Below, in pieces: positions 32,229-41,281 of a stretch of DNA of 52,253 nt. The stretch comes from Alphaproteobacteria bacterium (GTDB taxonomy: Bacteria > Pseudomonadota > Alphaproteobacteria > SMXQ01): NCBI GenBank assembly GCA_964229575.1, contig CAXRES010000173.1:1-52253 (forward strand). The letters are read 5' to 3'. A program made the translations under genes and the position numbers. The notes under the pieces are model-generated. The model made no database searches. It was not told where the DNA came from and saw nothing but the letters and a program-made list of their open reading frames with translations. How positions within the stretch are numbered: the first letter of the stretch is position 1; every line of letters begins with the position of its first letter.

Positions 32229-33473
32229 TCAGTTCCAGGGGCCGAGGAAGGGCTCGCCGCGATAGCTGTCCGCGGTTTCCTCCACCGTCGCCGGCCACGA
32301 GCCGATGACGCGCGCGCGCGCCGATGCCGGGCGCGGCCGGGCGCCCCAGCCCACCTGCTCCATCGACCAGTAGAGCAGCAACGCCTGCCCGTCGGGATCG
32401 AACAGGAAGATCGTGTGGTCCATGCCGGGCACCAGATCCATGTTCGGCTCCTCCATGCGGTAGCCCTTCTTGCGGAAGAAGGCGATCGCGTCGGAGAGCT
32501 GCTGGTAGTTGGCAAGCTGCAAACCGAAGAACATCGTCGTGGTGTGGTCCGACAGCGCGAGCTTCTCCCGCAGGGCAAGCGGCGCCAGGGTCAGCGAATG
32601 ATGCTCCGTGCAGTTGCGCAGGAAATGCACCTTGTGGCCGAGAATGTTCGTCACTTCCGTCGGGATGAAACCGAGACCGTCGCGGTAGAAGGCGAGCGAC
32701 GCCTCGATGTCCTTAACGAACAGGCCGACGGGACCCATCTTCACCACCCGGAAGGGCCGCGGCATCAGGATGCCCTGCACGTCGTATTCGAACTTGAGGT
32801 GGTCTTCCTTGTAGCGGTAGCCCGACATCAGGTCGACGCCCTGCTTGAGCGCGTCCTCGACCTCCTGGAATTCGCCGATCTGCGGCAGGGGCGGAATGTC
32901 GTGGAATTCGCGGGCGTACATGGGCGAGGGCTTGGAGCGGCCGGTCCAGCCGATCTGCTCGATGCCGTAGTAAAGCTCGTTGATATGGCCGTCGGGATCC
33001 TTGACGTAGGTATGCCAGTTGGAACCCGGCATGTCGCGGCCCGAACGCACCATCGCCTGGCCGCTTTCGGTCAGCCAGTTGTGGCCGTCGACCACTTCCT
33101 TGAGGCTGCCCACCTGCCAGGTGAGCTGGTTGATCGTGTTGCCCGGCCAGAACCGCTTGCGCTGGGGGTCAAGCGCCATGCGGTAGCGGTGATTGTAGAA
33201 AACGAGCGCGTGATGGTCGGAAGCGTAGCGCGTGAAGTACGCCGTGCAGTCGCCCATGTCCTTGAATTCGGGCGGATTGCCCTTGCCCTTGAACGGGTCG
33301 CGCAGGTCGACGACCTTGAAGCCGACGAGATCGGTGTAGAACCGGATCATCGCCGCCTGGTCCTGGGTATTCATGCCGAAATGGCCGAGCCGCCTGATCT
33401 TGAACGGCTGGTCCATCAGGATGCCGCCCACGTCGAACTTGGCATCGAACTTGGCGTCGAATTTTCCTGCCAT
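32229..33473 (-). CDS. Two-module VOC-superfamily protein, extradiol ring-cleavage dioxygenase-like
   Basis: Internal ATG at 33473 with an AGGAGG SD (MAGKFDAKFDAKFDVGG...). Two glyoxalase/dioxygenase modules (FKIRRLGHFGMNTQDQAAMIRFYTDLVGF...DHHALVF and FRVVKMGPVGLFVKDIEASLAFYRDGLGF...EHHSLTL). 414 aa. Confidence 0.75.
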   Translation of the reverse strand: MAGKFDAKFDAKFDVGGILMDQPFKIRRLGHFGMNTQDQAAMIRFYTDLVGFKVVDLRDPFKGKGNPPEFKDMGDCTAYFTRYASDHHALVFYNHRYRMALDPQRKRFWPGNTINQLTWQVGSLKEVVDGHNWLTESGQAMVRSGRDMPGSNWHTYVKDPDGHINELYYGIEQIGWTGRSKPSPMYAREFHDIPPLPQIGEFQEVEDALKQGVDLMSGYRYKEDHLKFEYDVQGILMPRPFRVVKMGPVGLFVKDIEASLAFYRDGLGFIPTEVTNILGHKVHFLRNCTEHHSLTLAPLALREKLALSDHTTTMFFGLQLANYQQLSDAIAFFRKKGYRMEEPNMDLVPGMDHTIFLFDPDGQALLLYWSMEQVGWGARPRPASARARVIGSWPATVEETADSYRGEPFLGPWN

Positions 33474-33496
33474 GATTTCCTCCTGCGCGTCCCGAC

Positions 33497-33913
33497 TTAC
33501 GCTTCCTGGATCACCTTGCCGCCGAGATCGCCGACCCGCGAAACGTCGATGACCACGGCGATACCCTTGCGTTCCGGATCCTTTTCCTGTTCGAGCGGCA
33601 CGGTGCGCGACCATACCGCGTCACGCAGCGCGCCGTCGCCCACCGGCCTGGCCACGCCGTAAAAGCGCAATGCCAGCTTCTTCGCGGGATTTCGGAAATA
33701 GACCACGACCTTGGGATTGGCGTTGACGTTGGCGATGGCCGAGCGCCCCGCCCGCTCCCAGTACGCGAGGCGGGTCGCATCGAACACCATCATCGAACCC
33801 TTGGGGCTGATCTGGGCCTGGCCCAGCCTGTCGGCGGTGCCGAGCAGGCACGGCACGCCGTCGGCAAGCGCTGTATCCAGCGCCTGCCACGGCCCGATCA
33901 GGTTGATGGGCAT
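33497..33913 (-). CDS. Pyridoxamine-5'-phosphate-oxidase-like (FMN-binding split-barrel) protein
   Basis: Internal ATG at 33913 (MPINLIGPWQALDTALADGVPCLLGTADRLGQAQISPKGSMMVFD...). 138 aa, typical of small PNPOx-family proteins. Starts 10 nt after the upstream gene. Confidence 0.7.
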   Translation of the reverse strand: MPINLIGPWQALDTALADGVPCLLGTADRLGQAQISPKGSMMVFDATRLAYWERAGRSAIANVNANPKVVVYFRNPAKKLALRFYGVARPVGDGALRDAVWSRTVPLEQEKDPERKGIAVVIDVSRVGDLGGKVIQEA

Positions 33914-33923
33914 AAGATCGGCC

Positions 33924-34886
33924 CTATTCCGCCGCCGAACGCACGCGCGAGGGACGATAGGTCTCGCACAGCTTGCGCCACTTTTCGGCGCGCGCCTTCT
34001 GCCCCTTGTCCACTTCCTCGGGGATTTCGATGAAGGGCGGGCGCAGCGGACCCGGATCGACGTAGCCGGCATAGCGGATGCCGACCTTGGACGCCGTTTC
34101 GCGCCACGACAGGTTGACCTTCGGATCCGCCGTCACCGGCGAAATGGCGAACATGATTTCCTTGGCCCGGGCGATGTCGCCGCTGGTGACCGCCTCGTGA
34201 TAGGCGAGCAGCGGCTGCGGCCCCATCCACGCGTCGATCGACCAGAAGCCGGCGGCGCCCAGTTCGTAATACGGATGGAACTGGATCCAGTTGCAGAAGA
34301 CCGAGATCCTGCCCTTGATGATTTCCTGCAGCTTCATGAACTGGACGGTGTCGCGGTGGCTGTCCTTCATGCCGATCAGATTGGGCAGCTTGACCAGCTC
34401 CTGGAAGGCCGGCACCGGCAGCGTCACGTTATGCAGCGCCGGGTTGTGGTAGATCATGATGCCGAGCCTGGGGAACCGCGCCGAGATTTCCTTGTAGAAG
34501 CGGATCGCGTTCTGCAGCGACGACGGGAAGTAGAACGGCACGCCGACCAGCACGCCGTAGGCGCCGATCTTGTCCGCGTAGGCCATCTTCTGCACCGCCT
34601 CGCGCGAGTTGAGCGCCGTGCAGCCGATGAACAGCGGGACGCGCTTGTTGACGATTTCTACCGCCGCGGCGTTCATCTTCTGGAATTCGGGGAACAGCAG
34701 GGTGTGGAATTCGCCGAACGAGCCGCAGGTCGAGATCACGCCGGCGCCGTCGCCGATCATGCGGTTGAGCCCGGCTTCGAGGCGGCCGAGATCCACCGTA
34801 TCGGTCGCGTCCATGCTGGCCGCGTCGTCGGTGGCGAAAGCCGGCATCATCGCCATCATGCCGGAAAGATCGGATGCACTTGCCAT
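33924..34886 (-). CDS. DapA/NAL-family class I aldolase, hydratase-aldolase-like
   Basis: GGAGGA SD. Motifs STCGSFGEF, GVPFYFPSS, Schiff-base Lys context LIGMKDS. C-terminal GPLRPPF...W..LC..Y is shared with 40277..41254. Confidence 0.8.
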   Translation of the reverse strand: MASASDLSGMMAMMPAFATDDAASMDATDTVDLGRLEAGLNRMIGDGAGVISTCGSFGEFHTLLFPEFQKMNAAAVEIVNKRVPLFIGCTALNSREAVQKMAYADKIGAYGVLVGVPFYFPSSLQNAIRFYKEISARFPRLGIMIYHNPALHNVTLPVPAFQELVKLPNLIGMKDSHRDTVQFMKLQEIIKGRISVFCNWIQFHPYYELGAAGFWSIDAWMGPQPLLAYHEAVTSGDIARAKEIMFAISPVTADPKVNLSWRETASKVGIRYAGYVDPGPLRPPFIEIPEEVDKGQKARAEKWRKLCETYRPSRVRSAAE

Positions 34887-35121
34887 GGTTTCCTCCAGTT
34901 CCCTTCAATGTCCTGAACTCAGGGCGAGTTCGCTGTTTTTTCCCGGCGCAGGCCGGGTTTGCGCCGACTTTACACCAAATCGCCGTCCTTGCCAGCCGCC
35001 GCGGCCGCGCGGCTCACGCCCGGACCGGAACGGCCCGCCTGGTGTCACGGGATAAAAGCGATCGAAAGACGCCCGGCGCCTTCCCGAACGCGATGTCTGC
35101 GCCGCGAAGCGGAGTGTGCCC

Positions 35122-36231
35122 TTACTGGCTTTCCTTCCCGCCCTTCTTCTTGGCCCCGCCGGCGGGGCCGAAGCCCTGGCGCTCCAGTTCCTGGTCGATG
35201 AAGGCCATGACGTCGGGCTCGACCTTGGCCAGATCGCGCATAACATCATCGAGATCGGCCGGGCTCGCCAGCGGCGAATCGGGATCGACCTTGCCGATCC
35301 GCGACGCGAAGCCCGGGTCCTTCAGTGCCGCCTGGTAGGCTTTCCGGTGCGCGGCAACGATATCGGCAGGCGTGTTCGCCGTCAGGGCGAGCCACTTGCC
35401 GACCTGGCCAACGGCCTCGCCGTATTCGAAGGCGCGCAGCGCCAGCGGATCCTTGATCTTGCCCTTGAGCATGTCGGCCATCACCGGAGTATTGCCGAGG
35501 ATATCGCGCGGCATCGCCTTGCCGTCGATCTTGGTGCCGGACTGGCTGACAAGCGACACAACGCCGGCCTTGTTGAGGTAGTCGATGTCGCGGGTGGAGC
35601 CGAAGGTGCTCATGTCGATTTCGCCGCGCTCGATCGCCTGGCGCAGTTCGCCGGTGCCCTTGTAACCCTTCACCCACTTGACGTTCCAGCCGAGGAAGGC
35701 GGCGGCCCACATCACCTGGTAGCTGCCGCTGCGCAGCGTCGAGCCGACGATGCCGATCACCACGGGGGTCTTCGATCTGTCGGTGAGGCGTCCAAGCGCG
35801 TCCTTGCGGACGTAAAGCGCCTGCGACGGCGCGGCGACGCCGCCGATCATCTTGAACTCGGTCGGCTTGAAATTGGCCTTGGTGCGATACAGCGCCTGCG
35901 GGTCGGCCTGCGACTGGGCGCCGACGAGAACGGATAGACCGTCGGGCTTGGCCTTGGCGACCCAGCTCTTGGCCGCGACCATGCCGCCCGCGCCCGGCTG
36001 ATTGACCGCGACGAAGGTCGGTTTGCCCGGCAGGTGGCGAGCCATGAATTCGCCGACCAGACGCCCGTAGGCATCGACGCCGCCGCCGGCGCCGAAGCCG
36101 ATGACGAAGGTCAGGGTCTTGCCGGCAAAATCGGGCTCGGCCGCGGACGCGCGGTCAACGCCGGACAAAAAAGAAGCGGCAACGAAAAAACCGGCCGCGG
36201 CCGATCCAAGGGACAGTGTCCGAATCTTCAT
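35122..36231 (-). CDS. Bug/TctC-family periplasmic binding protein (no C-terminal add-on domain; short Lys/Gly tail)
   Basis: Internal ATG at 36231 with a GGGAGG SD (MKIRTLSLGSAAAGFFVAASFLSGVDRASA). Motifs IGFGAGGGVDAYGRL, VNQPGAGGMVAA, VKGYKGTGELRQAIERGEID. 369 aa. Confidence 0.85.
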   Translation of the reverse strand: MKIRTLSLGSAAAGFFVAASFLSGVDRASAAEPDFAGKTLTFVIGFGAGGGVDAYGRLVGEFMARHLPGKPTFVAVNQPGAGGMVAAKSWVAKAKPDGLSVLVGAQSQADPQALYRTKANFKPTEFKMIGGVAAPSQALYVRKDALGRLTDRSKTPVVIGIVGSTLRSGSYQVMWAAAFLGWNVKWVKGYKGTGELRQAIERGEIDMSTFGSTRDIDYLNKAGVVSLVSQSGTKIDGKAMPRDILGNTPVMADMLKGKIKDPLALRAFEYGEAVGQVGKWLALTANTPADIVAAHRKAYQAALKDPGFASRIGKVDPDSPLASPADLDDVMRDLAKVEPDVMAFIDQELERQGFGPAGGAKKKGGKESQ

Positions 36232-36442
36232 ATGTAGCCTCCCAATTAGCAATTCCCGGCCTTCGCACCGGCCAGGTTTTTCCATCGCATCTGCGCCGGC
36301 GGCCTTCGTCATTCCGAGGGCTGGTCTGCTCCCTGCCGGAGACCGCGCCTGCTTTTTCGAATAACGAAACTCGTTTAACAGTTTATTCGGCACTTCCGGG
36401 GATGCAATCCCGAAAAGACGCCCGCCAGGGTCCTGTAACCTT

Positions 36443-37594
36443 TCAGATTTGTCCCCGTGCTGCGGCGGCTTGCTGCGGAAAATACCTGTCCATCTTCGAT
36501 TTCAGCCCGTGCCGCGTCATTTCATCGAGAAACAGCGGGTGGATGCGCGGGTCCTGGTCCTCGTACTCGATCTGGTCGCCGCCTTCCCTGGTGCTGGTGG
36601 AAAACGCGACCTTCTCGCCGAGGATTTCGCGCCGGCGCTCCAGCGTAAAGGGGTGGCGCAGGCTGCCGAAACCGGTGGCGAGATAGCGTGCGGGCTCGGC
36701 ACTGGTGGTGAAATGCTGGTGCCACTGCTGGTCGGCCGGCGGAAAGACGATGCCGTGCTTCCAGTCGATGCGCACGAAATCCCTGTCGCCTTCGCGCCAC
36801 ATCAGCGAATAGCCGCTGCCGGCCACGCACATGACGTGATAGCCGGGTCCATGACGGTGCGCCTTCTTGTAGGTGCCGGCCGGCATGGAGGCGACATGAG
36901 CATGCATGGAACTGTCGGCGAGGAGGAAGATCAGGCAGCCGCCGCCCGCGCCGCGATCGGAGAAATCGGGCAGATCGACGGTTTCGAGATCGGCGATGAA
37001 ATTCGATTCCCATGTGTCGTTGCCCTGGCGCACCAGGTTGAGCTTGCCATCGCCCGCGAAATGTTCGCGCTTGCCGAAGCGGTCCTCGAATGCGAAGGCG
37101 TTGTCGAATACGAACCTCTCGTTGTGGAAAAGATTGAGCATCATCGGCAGGTTGGTGGTGCTGGTCAGCACCGCGCGGTCCGTGCCGCTGCCGTTGAAAT
37201 GGCGGTAACTGGCATTGAGCGGAATGGCGAACAATGAACGCGGTCCCCATTCGAAGCTGATCCGCTCGCCGCTCGGCAACTCCAGTTGCGTATTGCCGCG
37301 TCCTTCGATGACGTAGACGACTTCTTCGTAGATGTGCCGCTGCGGCGCCATCGACTTGCCCGGCGCCAGTTCGAACAGCAGCATGTTGCAGAAGTCCCCG
37401 CGACCTTCCAGATGCAGGGCCGCGGCCTTGGCGTCGACGCGCGGCCAATGGCGGGTCTCGACCCGGGTGCAGTCGATGGCCAACCCCTCGACCACGCGCA
37501 AACCTTCCGCCTGCAGCCATTCCGCGTAGGAATCGATGCCGTAGCGCGCCTCTTGCATGGTCATGCGGTTGGGCTGCGGTGCTGGGCTGGACAT
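36443..37594 (-). CDS. Bicupin protein, ring-cleavage-dioxygenase-like (gentisate / 1-hydroxy-2-naphthoate dioxygenase architecture)
   Basis: GAGGAGAG SD. 383 aa with two cupin barrels. The N-terminal barrel has PQRHIYEEVVYVIEGRG. The C-terminal barrel has the canonical AHRHGPGYHVMCVAGSG ... WHQHFN. Confidence 0.75.
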   Translation of the reverse strand: MSSPAPQPNRMTMQEARYGIDSYAEWLQAEGLRVVEGLAIDCTRVETRHWPRVDAKAAALHLEGRGDFCNMLLFELAPGKSMAPQRHIYEEVVYVIEGRGNTQLELPSGERISFEWGPRSLFAIPLNASYRHFNGSGTDRAVLTSTTNLPMMLNLFHNERFVFDNAFAFEDRFGKREHFAGDGKLNLVRQGNDTWESNFIADLETVDLPDFSDRGAGGGCLIFLLADSSMHAHVASMPAGTYKKAHRHGPGYHVMCVAGSGYSLMWREGDRDFVRIDWKHGIVFPPADQQWHQHFTTSAEPARYLATGFGSLRHPFTLERRREILGEKVAFSTSTREGGDQIEYEDQDPRIHPLFLDEMTRHGLKSKMDRYFPQQAAAARGQI

Positions 37595-37660
37595 CGTCGC
37601 TCTCCTCGGATGGACCGTTTCTTACGCGCAGTCTAGGCCATCGCACCGGCGGGGCAAACG

Positions 37661-38674
37661 TCAGGCTTGCCTGAGGGCCGGCGCGACCTTTTCGGCGAAC
37701 AGCGTGATCGACTTCGCGCTTTCCGCCAGCGTCATGTCGCCGAAGACGTACTGGCCGACCATGTAATTCGCTCCGGTCTGGCGGATCTGGTCGCCGATCG
37801 TCCTCGCGAGGGTGGCCGGGGAACCGGCAAAGGCCAGCCCCAGTTCGACCATCTTGCCGAACTCTCCGGGCCAGGTCTGCATGGGTTTCTGATCGTAGCG
37901 ACGGAACAGCTCGAAGAAGCTCTCATGCCATATCGGGTAGGCACGGTCGGCAAGCGCCCAGGCTTCCGCGTCGGTGTCGGCGGCGACGACGAAGCGACAA
38001 ATTCCCATCATCGGGTTGGCGAATCCGGCGTCGGCCGCCGCGGCATTGAACGACTTGACGATCGCCGCCGCAACGTCGGGCCTGGCCAGCGTGACTCCGT
38101 GGAAGCCCTGCCGCGCGACGATCGCGGCGCTGTCGGGGGTGCCCACGCCGTACCACAGCGGCGGGTTGGGCTTCTGCCAGGGATGCAGTTCGACCGGCAC
38201 GTTCCGGTAGGAGAAATGCTTGCCCGAATACGTGATGCGCTGTTCCCTGAAGGCAAGCCTGAGCACATCGAGCGCTTCGTCGAACACCGCCTGCGCCTCA
38301 TCCACATTGCGCCCGTAGAGCATCAATTCGATCGGCGAGCGCCCGCGGCCGAGTCCGATGTCGAGGCGGCCGTGGCTCAGGTGATCGAGCATGGCGATCT
38401 CTTCCGACAGGCGGATCGGATGATAGAGGGGCAGAAGATAGACCATCGGGCCGAGGCGCAGTGTCTTCGTGCTCTGGGCGATGGCGGACAGGAACACGCT
38501 CGGCGATGGCGCCATGCCGAGCGGCGTCGAATGGTGTTCGGCCAGATGATAGGAATAGAAGCCGAGGCGGTCGTAGAGTTCGGCGATCTTCAGGCGCTGG
38601 TCGAACAGTTCGGCTATGCCGAGGCGCGCGCGATCGAGATGATCGAAGATTCCGAATTTCAGATCCCTGGTCAC
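37661..38674 (-). CDS. Luciferase-like (LLM-class) flavin-dependent oxidoreductase
   Basis: VTRDLKFGIFDHLD...YSYHLAEHHSTPLGMAPSPSVFLSAIAQSTKTLRLGPMVYLLPLYHPIRLSEEIAMLDHLSHGRLDIGLGRG. The GTG at 38674 has GGAGAGGG upstream. The track start (GTG at 38710) is the alternative. Confidence 0.85.
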   Translation of the reverse strand: MTRDLKFGIFDHLDRARLGIAELFDQRLKIAELYDRLGFYSYHLAEHHSTPLGMAPSPSVFLSAIAQSTKTLRLGPMVYLLPLYHPIRLSEEIAMLDHLSHGRLDIGLGRGRSPIELMLYGRNVDEAQAVFDEALDVLRLAFREQRITYSGKHFSYRNVPVELHPWQKPNPPLWYGVGTPDSAAIVARQGFHGVTLARPDVAAAIVKSFNAAAADAGFANPMMGICRFVVAADTDAEAWALADRAYPIWHESFFELFRRYDQKPMQTWPGEFGKMVELGLAFAGSPATLARTIGDQIRQTGANYMVGQYVFGDMTLAESAKSITLFAEKVAPALRQA

Positions 38675-38913
38675 GCTACCCTCTCCCGGCGCGGCAGACC
38701 GCACCTTCACTTGCCTGTCCGGCGCGATACCGAAGCCGTTTGTTGCAGGAATGGTAGGGACTCGCCGGATCGAGCGGAAGCGGATTCTGCGTGTCGGACA
38801 GTCAACCGCCCGCCGGCTTGACTCCCCCCGCCACCCTCGGCACTACTTGATCGAAGGTCGCCGCCTGCCGCCGGGCATCGGCCGATTGAACGGGCGGAAA
38901 GGGAGAATTTCCG

Positions 38914-39834
38914 ATGAAGGTCTTCGTCACCGGCGCATCCGGTTACGCCGGCTTCTATGCCGCGCTGCGGCTCGCCGCCTGCGGCCACCAGGTCACCGGA
39001 ATCGTGCGCAACCCCGCCCAGCCGCGGCTTGACGTGTTGCGCATGCAGGAAGTCCGCCTGGTGGTGGGCGACGTGTCCGATACCGCGAGTTACCGCGATG
39101 AACTGGCGGCGGCCGATGTCGTCATCCACACCATGCTCGACAAGAAGAACCTGCTGGGGACCGACCGCGCGCTTTTCGCAGCGCTCGACGCCCTGCCGCG
39201 CCGCGGCACGCGCCGCCGATTTGTGTACACGACCGGCTGCTCGATCTTCGGCAAGATCGGCGTTCCGGTCATGGACGAAAGCGTCGAACCCCATCCCGAC
39301 CATCCGCTGGCCTTCCGCCGCACGCTCGAAAAGGAAGCACTGGCCCTTGCCAATGTCGCGACGACCGTGCTGCGCCCGGGCTTCATGTACGGCAACGACG
39401 GCTACAACAGCGTAAGTACCGACTGGTTCGCCATGGCGGCCGCCGATGACGTGGTCTATCGCGGCGACCGGGACAAGGGCTGGTCGTGGGTCCATATCGC
39501 CGATCTCGCCGAAGCGTACCGGCGGGTGGCGGAGGCCCCGGAAAAGGCCGTGGCGGGCGAAGTCTTTCACCTTGCCGACGACGAGCGGCCCAGGTGCATC
39601 GACGTCATGCGCGCCTGCCTGGCGGCCGCGGGGTACACGGGCGAAATACGCTTCGAGGGCTCGAAAAAGGGCGACAACATTTCGACCTGGTTCGACCAGA
39701 ACGAATTCATCACCTCGGCCAAGGCCCGGGCCCGCCTCGGCTGGCGGCCGCGCCACGACGGCATCGTCGCCGGGGCCCGGGCGGCCTTTGAGGCCTGGAA
39801 AGCCGGCCAGTCCGGCGCCGTGAATTCACTGTGA
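38914..39834 (+). CDS. Atypical/extended SDR (NAD-dependent epimerase/dehydratase-fold) protein
   Basis: GGGAGA SD. MKVFVTGASGYAGFYAALRLAACGHQVTGIVR (GxxGxxG Rossmann). 306 aa. Paralog of 41282..42193. Confidence 0.85.
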   Translation: MKVFVTGASGYAGFYAALRLAACGHQVTGIVRNPAQPRLDVLRMQEVRLVVGDVSDTASYRDELAAADVVIHTMLDKKNLLGTDRALFAALDALPRRGTRRRFVYTTGCSIFGKIGVPVMDESVEPHPDHPLAFRRTLEKEALALANVATTVLRPGFMYGNDGYNSVSTDWFAMAAADDVVYRGDRDKGWSWVHIADLAEAYRRVAEAPEKAVAGEVFHLADDERPRCIDVMRACLAAAGYTGEIRFEGSKKGDNISTWFDQNEFITSAKARARLGWRPRHDGIVAGARAAFEAWKAGQSGAVNSL

Positions 39835-39898
39835 ATTGACTGGGGCCCGACGGGCCACCTAGACTCGCGAAAAACAGGATACCCAGGAGGAACCCGCC

Positions 39899-40273
39899 AT
39901 GGACGTCAAGGTCATCGCCACCCGCTACGCCGACCGGCCGAAGACCGACCCGTCGGCCCGCGTCTTCAACATCGCCGATTACATCATCCCCGACGCGGTG
40001 AAGCTGCGTTCGGGCCGCATGTATGTGGGCGACGAATTCCGCGCCGTCGTCCTTACCCTGGTGCCGGGCCAGGGCCAGGACGTGCACATGCATCCCGAAA
40101 CCGATCACGCCTGGTTCATCGTATCGGGCACCGCCGAAGCGACGATGGAAGACGGCAAGAAGCAGTCCGTAGGCCCCGGCCAGTTCCTCGTCCACCCGCG
40201 CACCACCGTTCACGGCATCCGCAACACGGGAAGCGAGAACTTCGTCTATATCGCGCTCTCGACGGGGGTCTAG
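39899..40273 (+). CDS. Monocupin protein
   Basis: AGGAGG SD. 124 aa. Cupin motif 1 GQGQDVHMHPETDHAWFIVSG and motif 2 context VHPRTTVHGIRN. Confidence 0.8.
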   Translation: MDVKVIATRYADRPKTDPSARVFNIADYIIPDAVKLRSGRMYVGDEFRAVVLTLVPGQGQDVHMHPETDHAWFIVSGTAEATMEDGKKQSVGPGQFLVHPRTTVHGIRNTGSENFVYIALSTGV

Positions 40274-40276
40274 GTC

Positions 40277-41254
40277 ATGCAGGCATCGGATTTCCGGGGC
40301 GTCTACGCCATCACGCCGACGCCGGCCAGGGACGGCGCCGACCGCATCGACCAGGTGGACAACACCGTCGATCTCGACGAAACCGAACGGGTGATCGACA
40401 GGCTGATCGCCGACGGCGTGCATGGCCTCATCGTGCTCGGCACCACCGGCGAGTGCGCCACCGTCACCCGGCCGGAATACGAGGCCTTCGCCGATTGCGT
40501 GCTGTCGACCGTGCGCAAGCGCGTGCCCACCTTCATCGGCACGACGTCGCTCGGAACGCATGAGATCGTCCACCGCACCCGCTTTGCCGCGGAGCGCGGC
40601 GCCGACGGCATCCTGCTCGGCCTGCCGATGTGGCAGCCGCTGACGGTGGACATGGCGGTGAAGTACTATCAGGGAATTTCGGAGCTGTTCCCGAAGACCG
40701 CGATCATGGTCTACGGCAACGGCCGCGCCTTCCGCTTCTCCTTCCCGCCGGAATTCTGGGAACGCGTGATCGAGGTGGCGCCCACGCTGGTCGCCGCCAA
40801 GTATTCGCGCCCCCAGGCGCTGCTCGGCGCGCTCAAGGCGTCCAAGGGGCGCGTTCATTTCATGCCGCACGACGGCGGCGTCGCCAAGTTCCTCGAACTG
40901 TCGCCGGAAACCACCACGTCATGCTGGTCGACCGCGGCCTCGATGGGGCCCGAACCCGTGCTCGCCCAGATGAAGGCGCTGCTCGCAGGCGACATCGAGG
41001 GGGTGAAGAAGGTGGCGAAGGACCTGTCCTGGGCGCGCGAGCCGATCATCGACCTCACCACCGACCCGGAACTGTTCGCCACCACCAACATCCAGCTGGA
41101 AAAAATCCGCATCCAGGCGGCGGGCTATTGCAAGGCCGGGCCGATCCGCCCGCCCTACGACTTCATGCCCGACGACTACGCCGACCGCGCCAGGCAGAAC
41201 GCCGCCCGCTGGCGCGAGCTTTGCGCCAAATACGCGGCCGGCAAGTCGAAGTAG
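40277..41254 (+). CDS. DapA/NAL-family hydratase-aldolase-like enzyme (NahE/PhdJ-like by my recollection)
   Basis: Starts 4 nt after the cupin stop. NTVDLDETERVIDRLIADGVHGLIVLGTTGECATVT, GLPMWQPLT, Lys context LVAAKYS, C-terminal AGPIRPPYDF...W..LCAKY. Confidence 0.8.
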   Translation: MQASDFRGVYAITPTPARDGADRIDQVDNTVDLDETERVIDRLIADGVHGLIVLGTTGECATVTRPEYEAFADCVLSTVRKRVPTFIGTTSLGTHEIVHRTRFAAERGADGILLGLPMWQPLTVDMAVKYYQGISELFPKTAIMVYGNGRAFRFSFPPEFWERVIEVAPTLVAAKYSRPQALLGALKASKGRVHFMPHDGGVAKFLELSPETTTSCWSTAASMGPEPVLAQMKALLAGDIEGVKKVAKDLSWAREPIIDLTTDPELFATTNIQLEKIRIQAAGYCKAGPIRPPYDFMPDDYADRARQNAARWRELCAKYAAGKSK

Positions 41255-41281
41255 GACGAACGGACGGACGGGCGGACGGTC

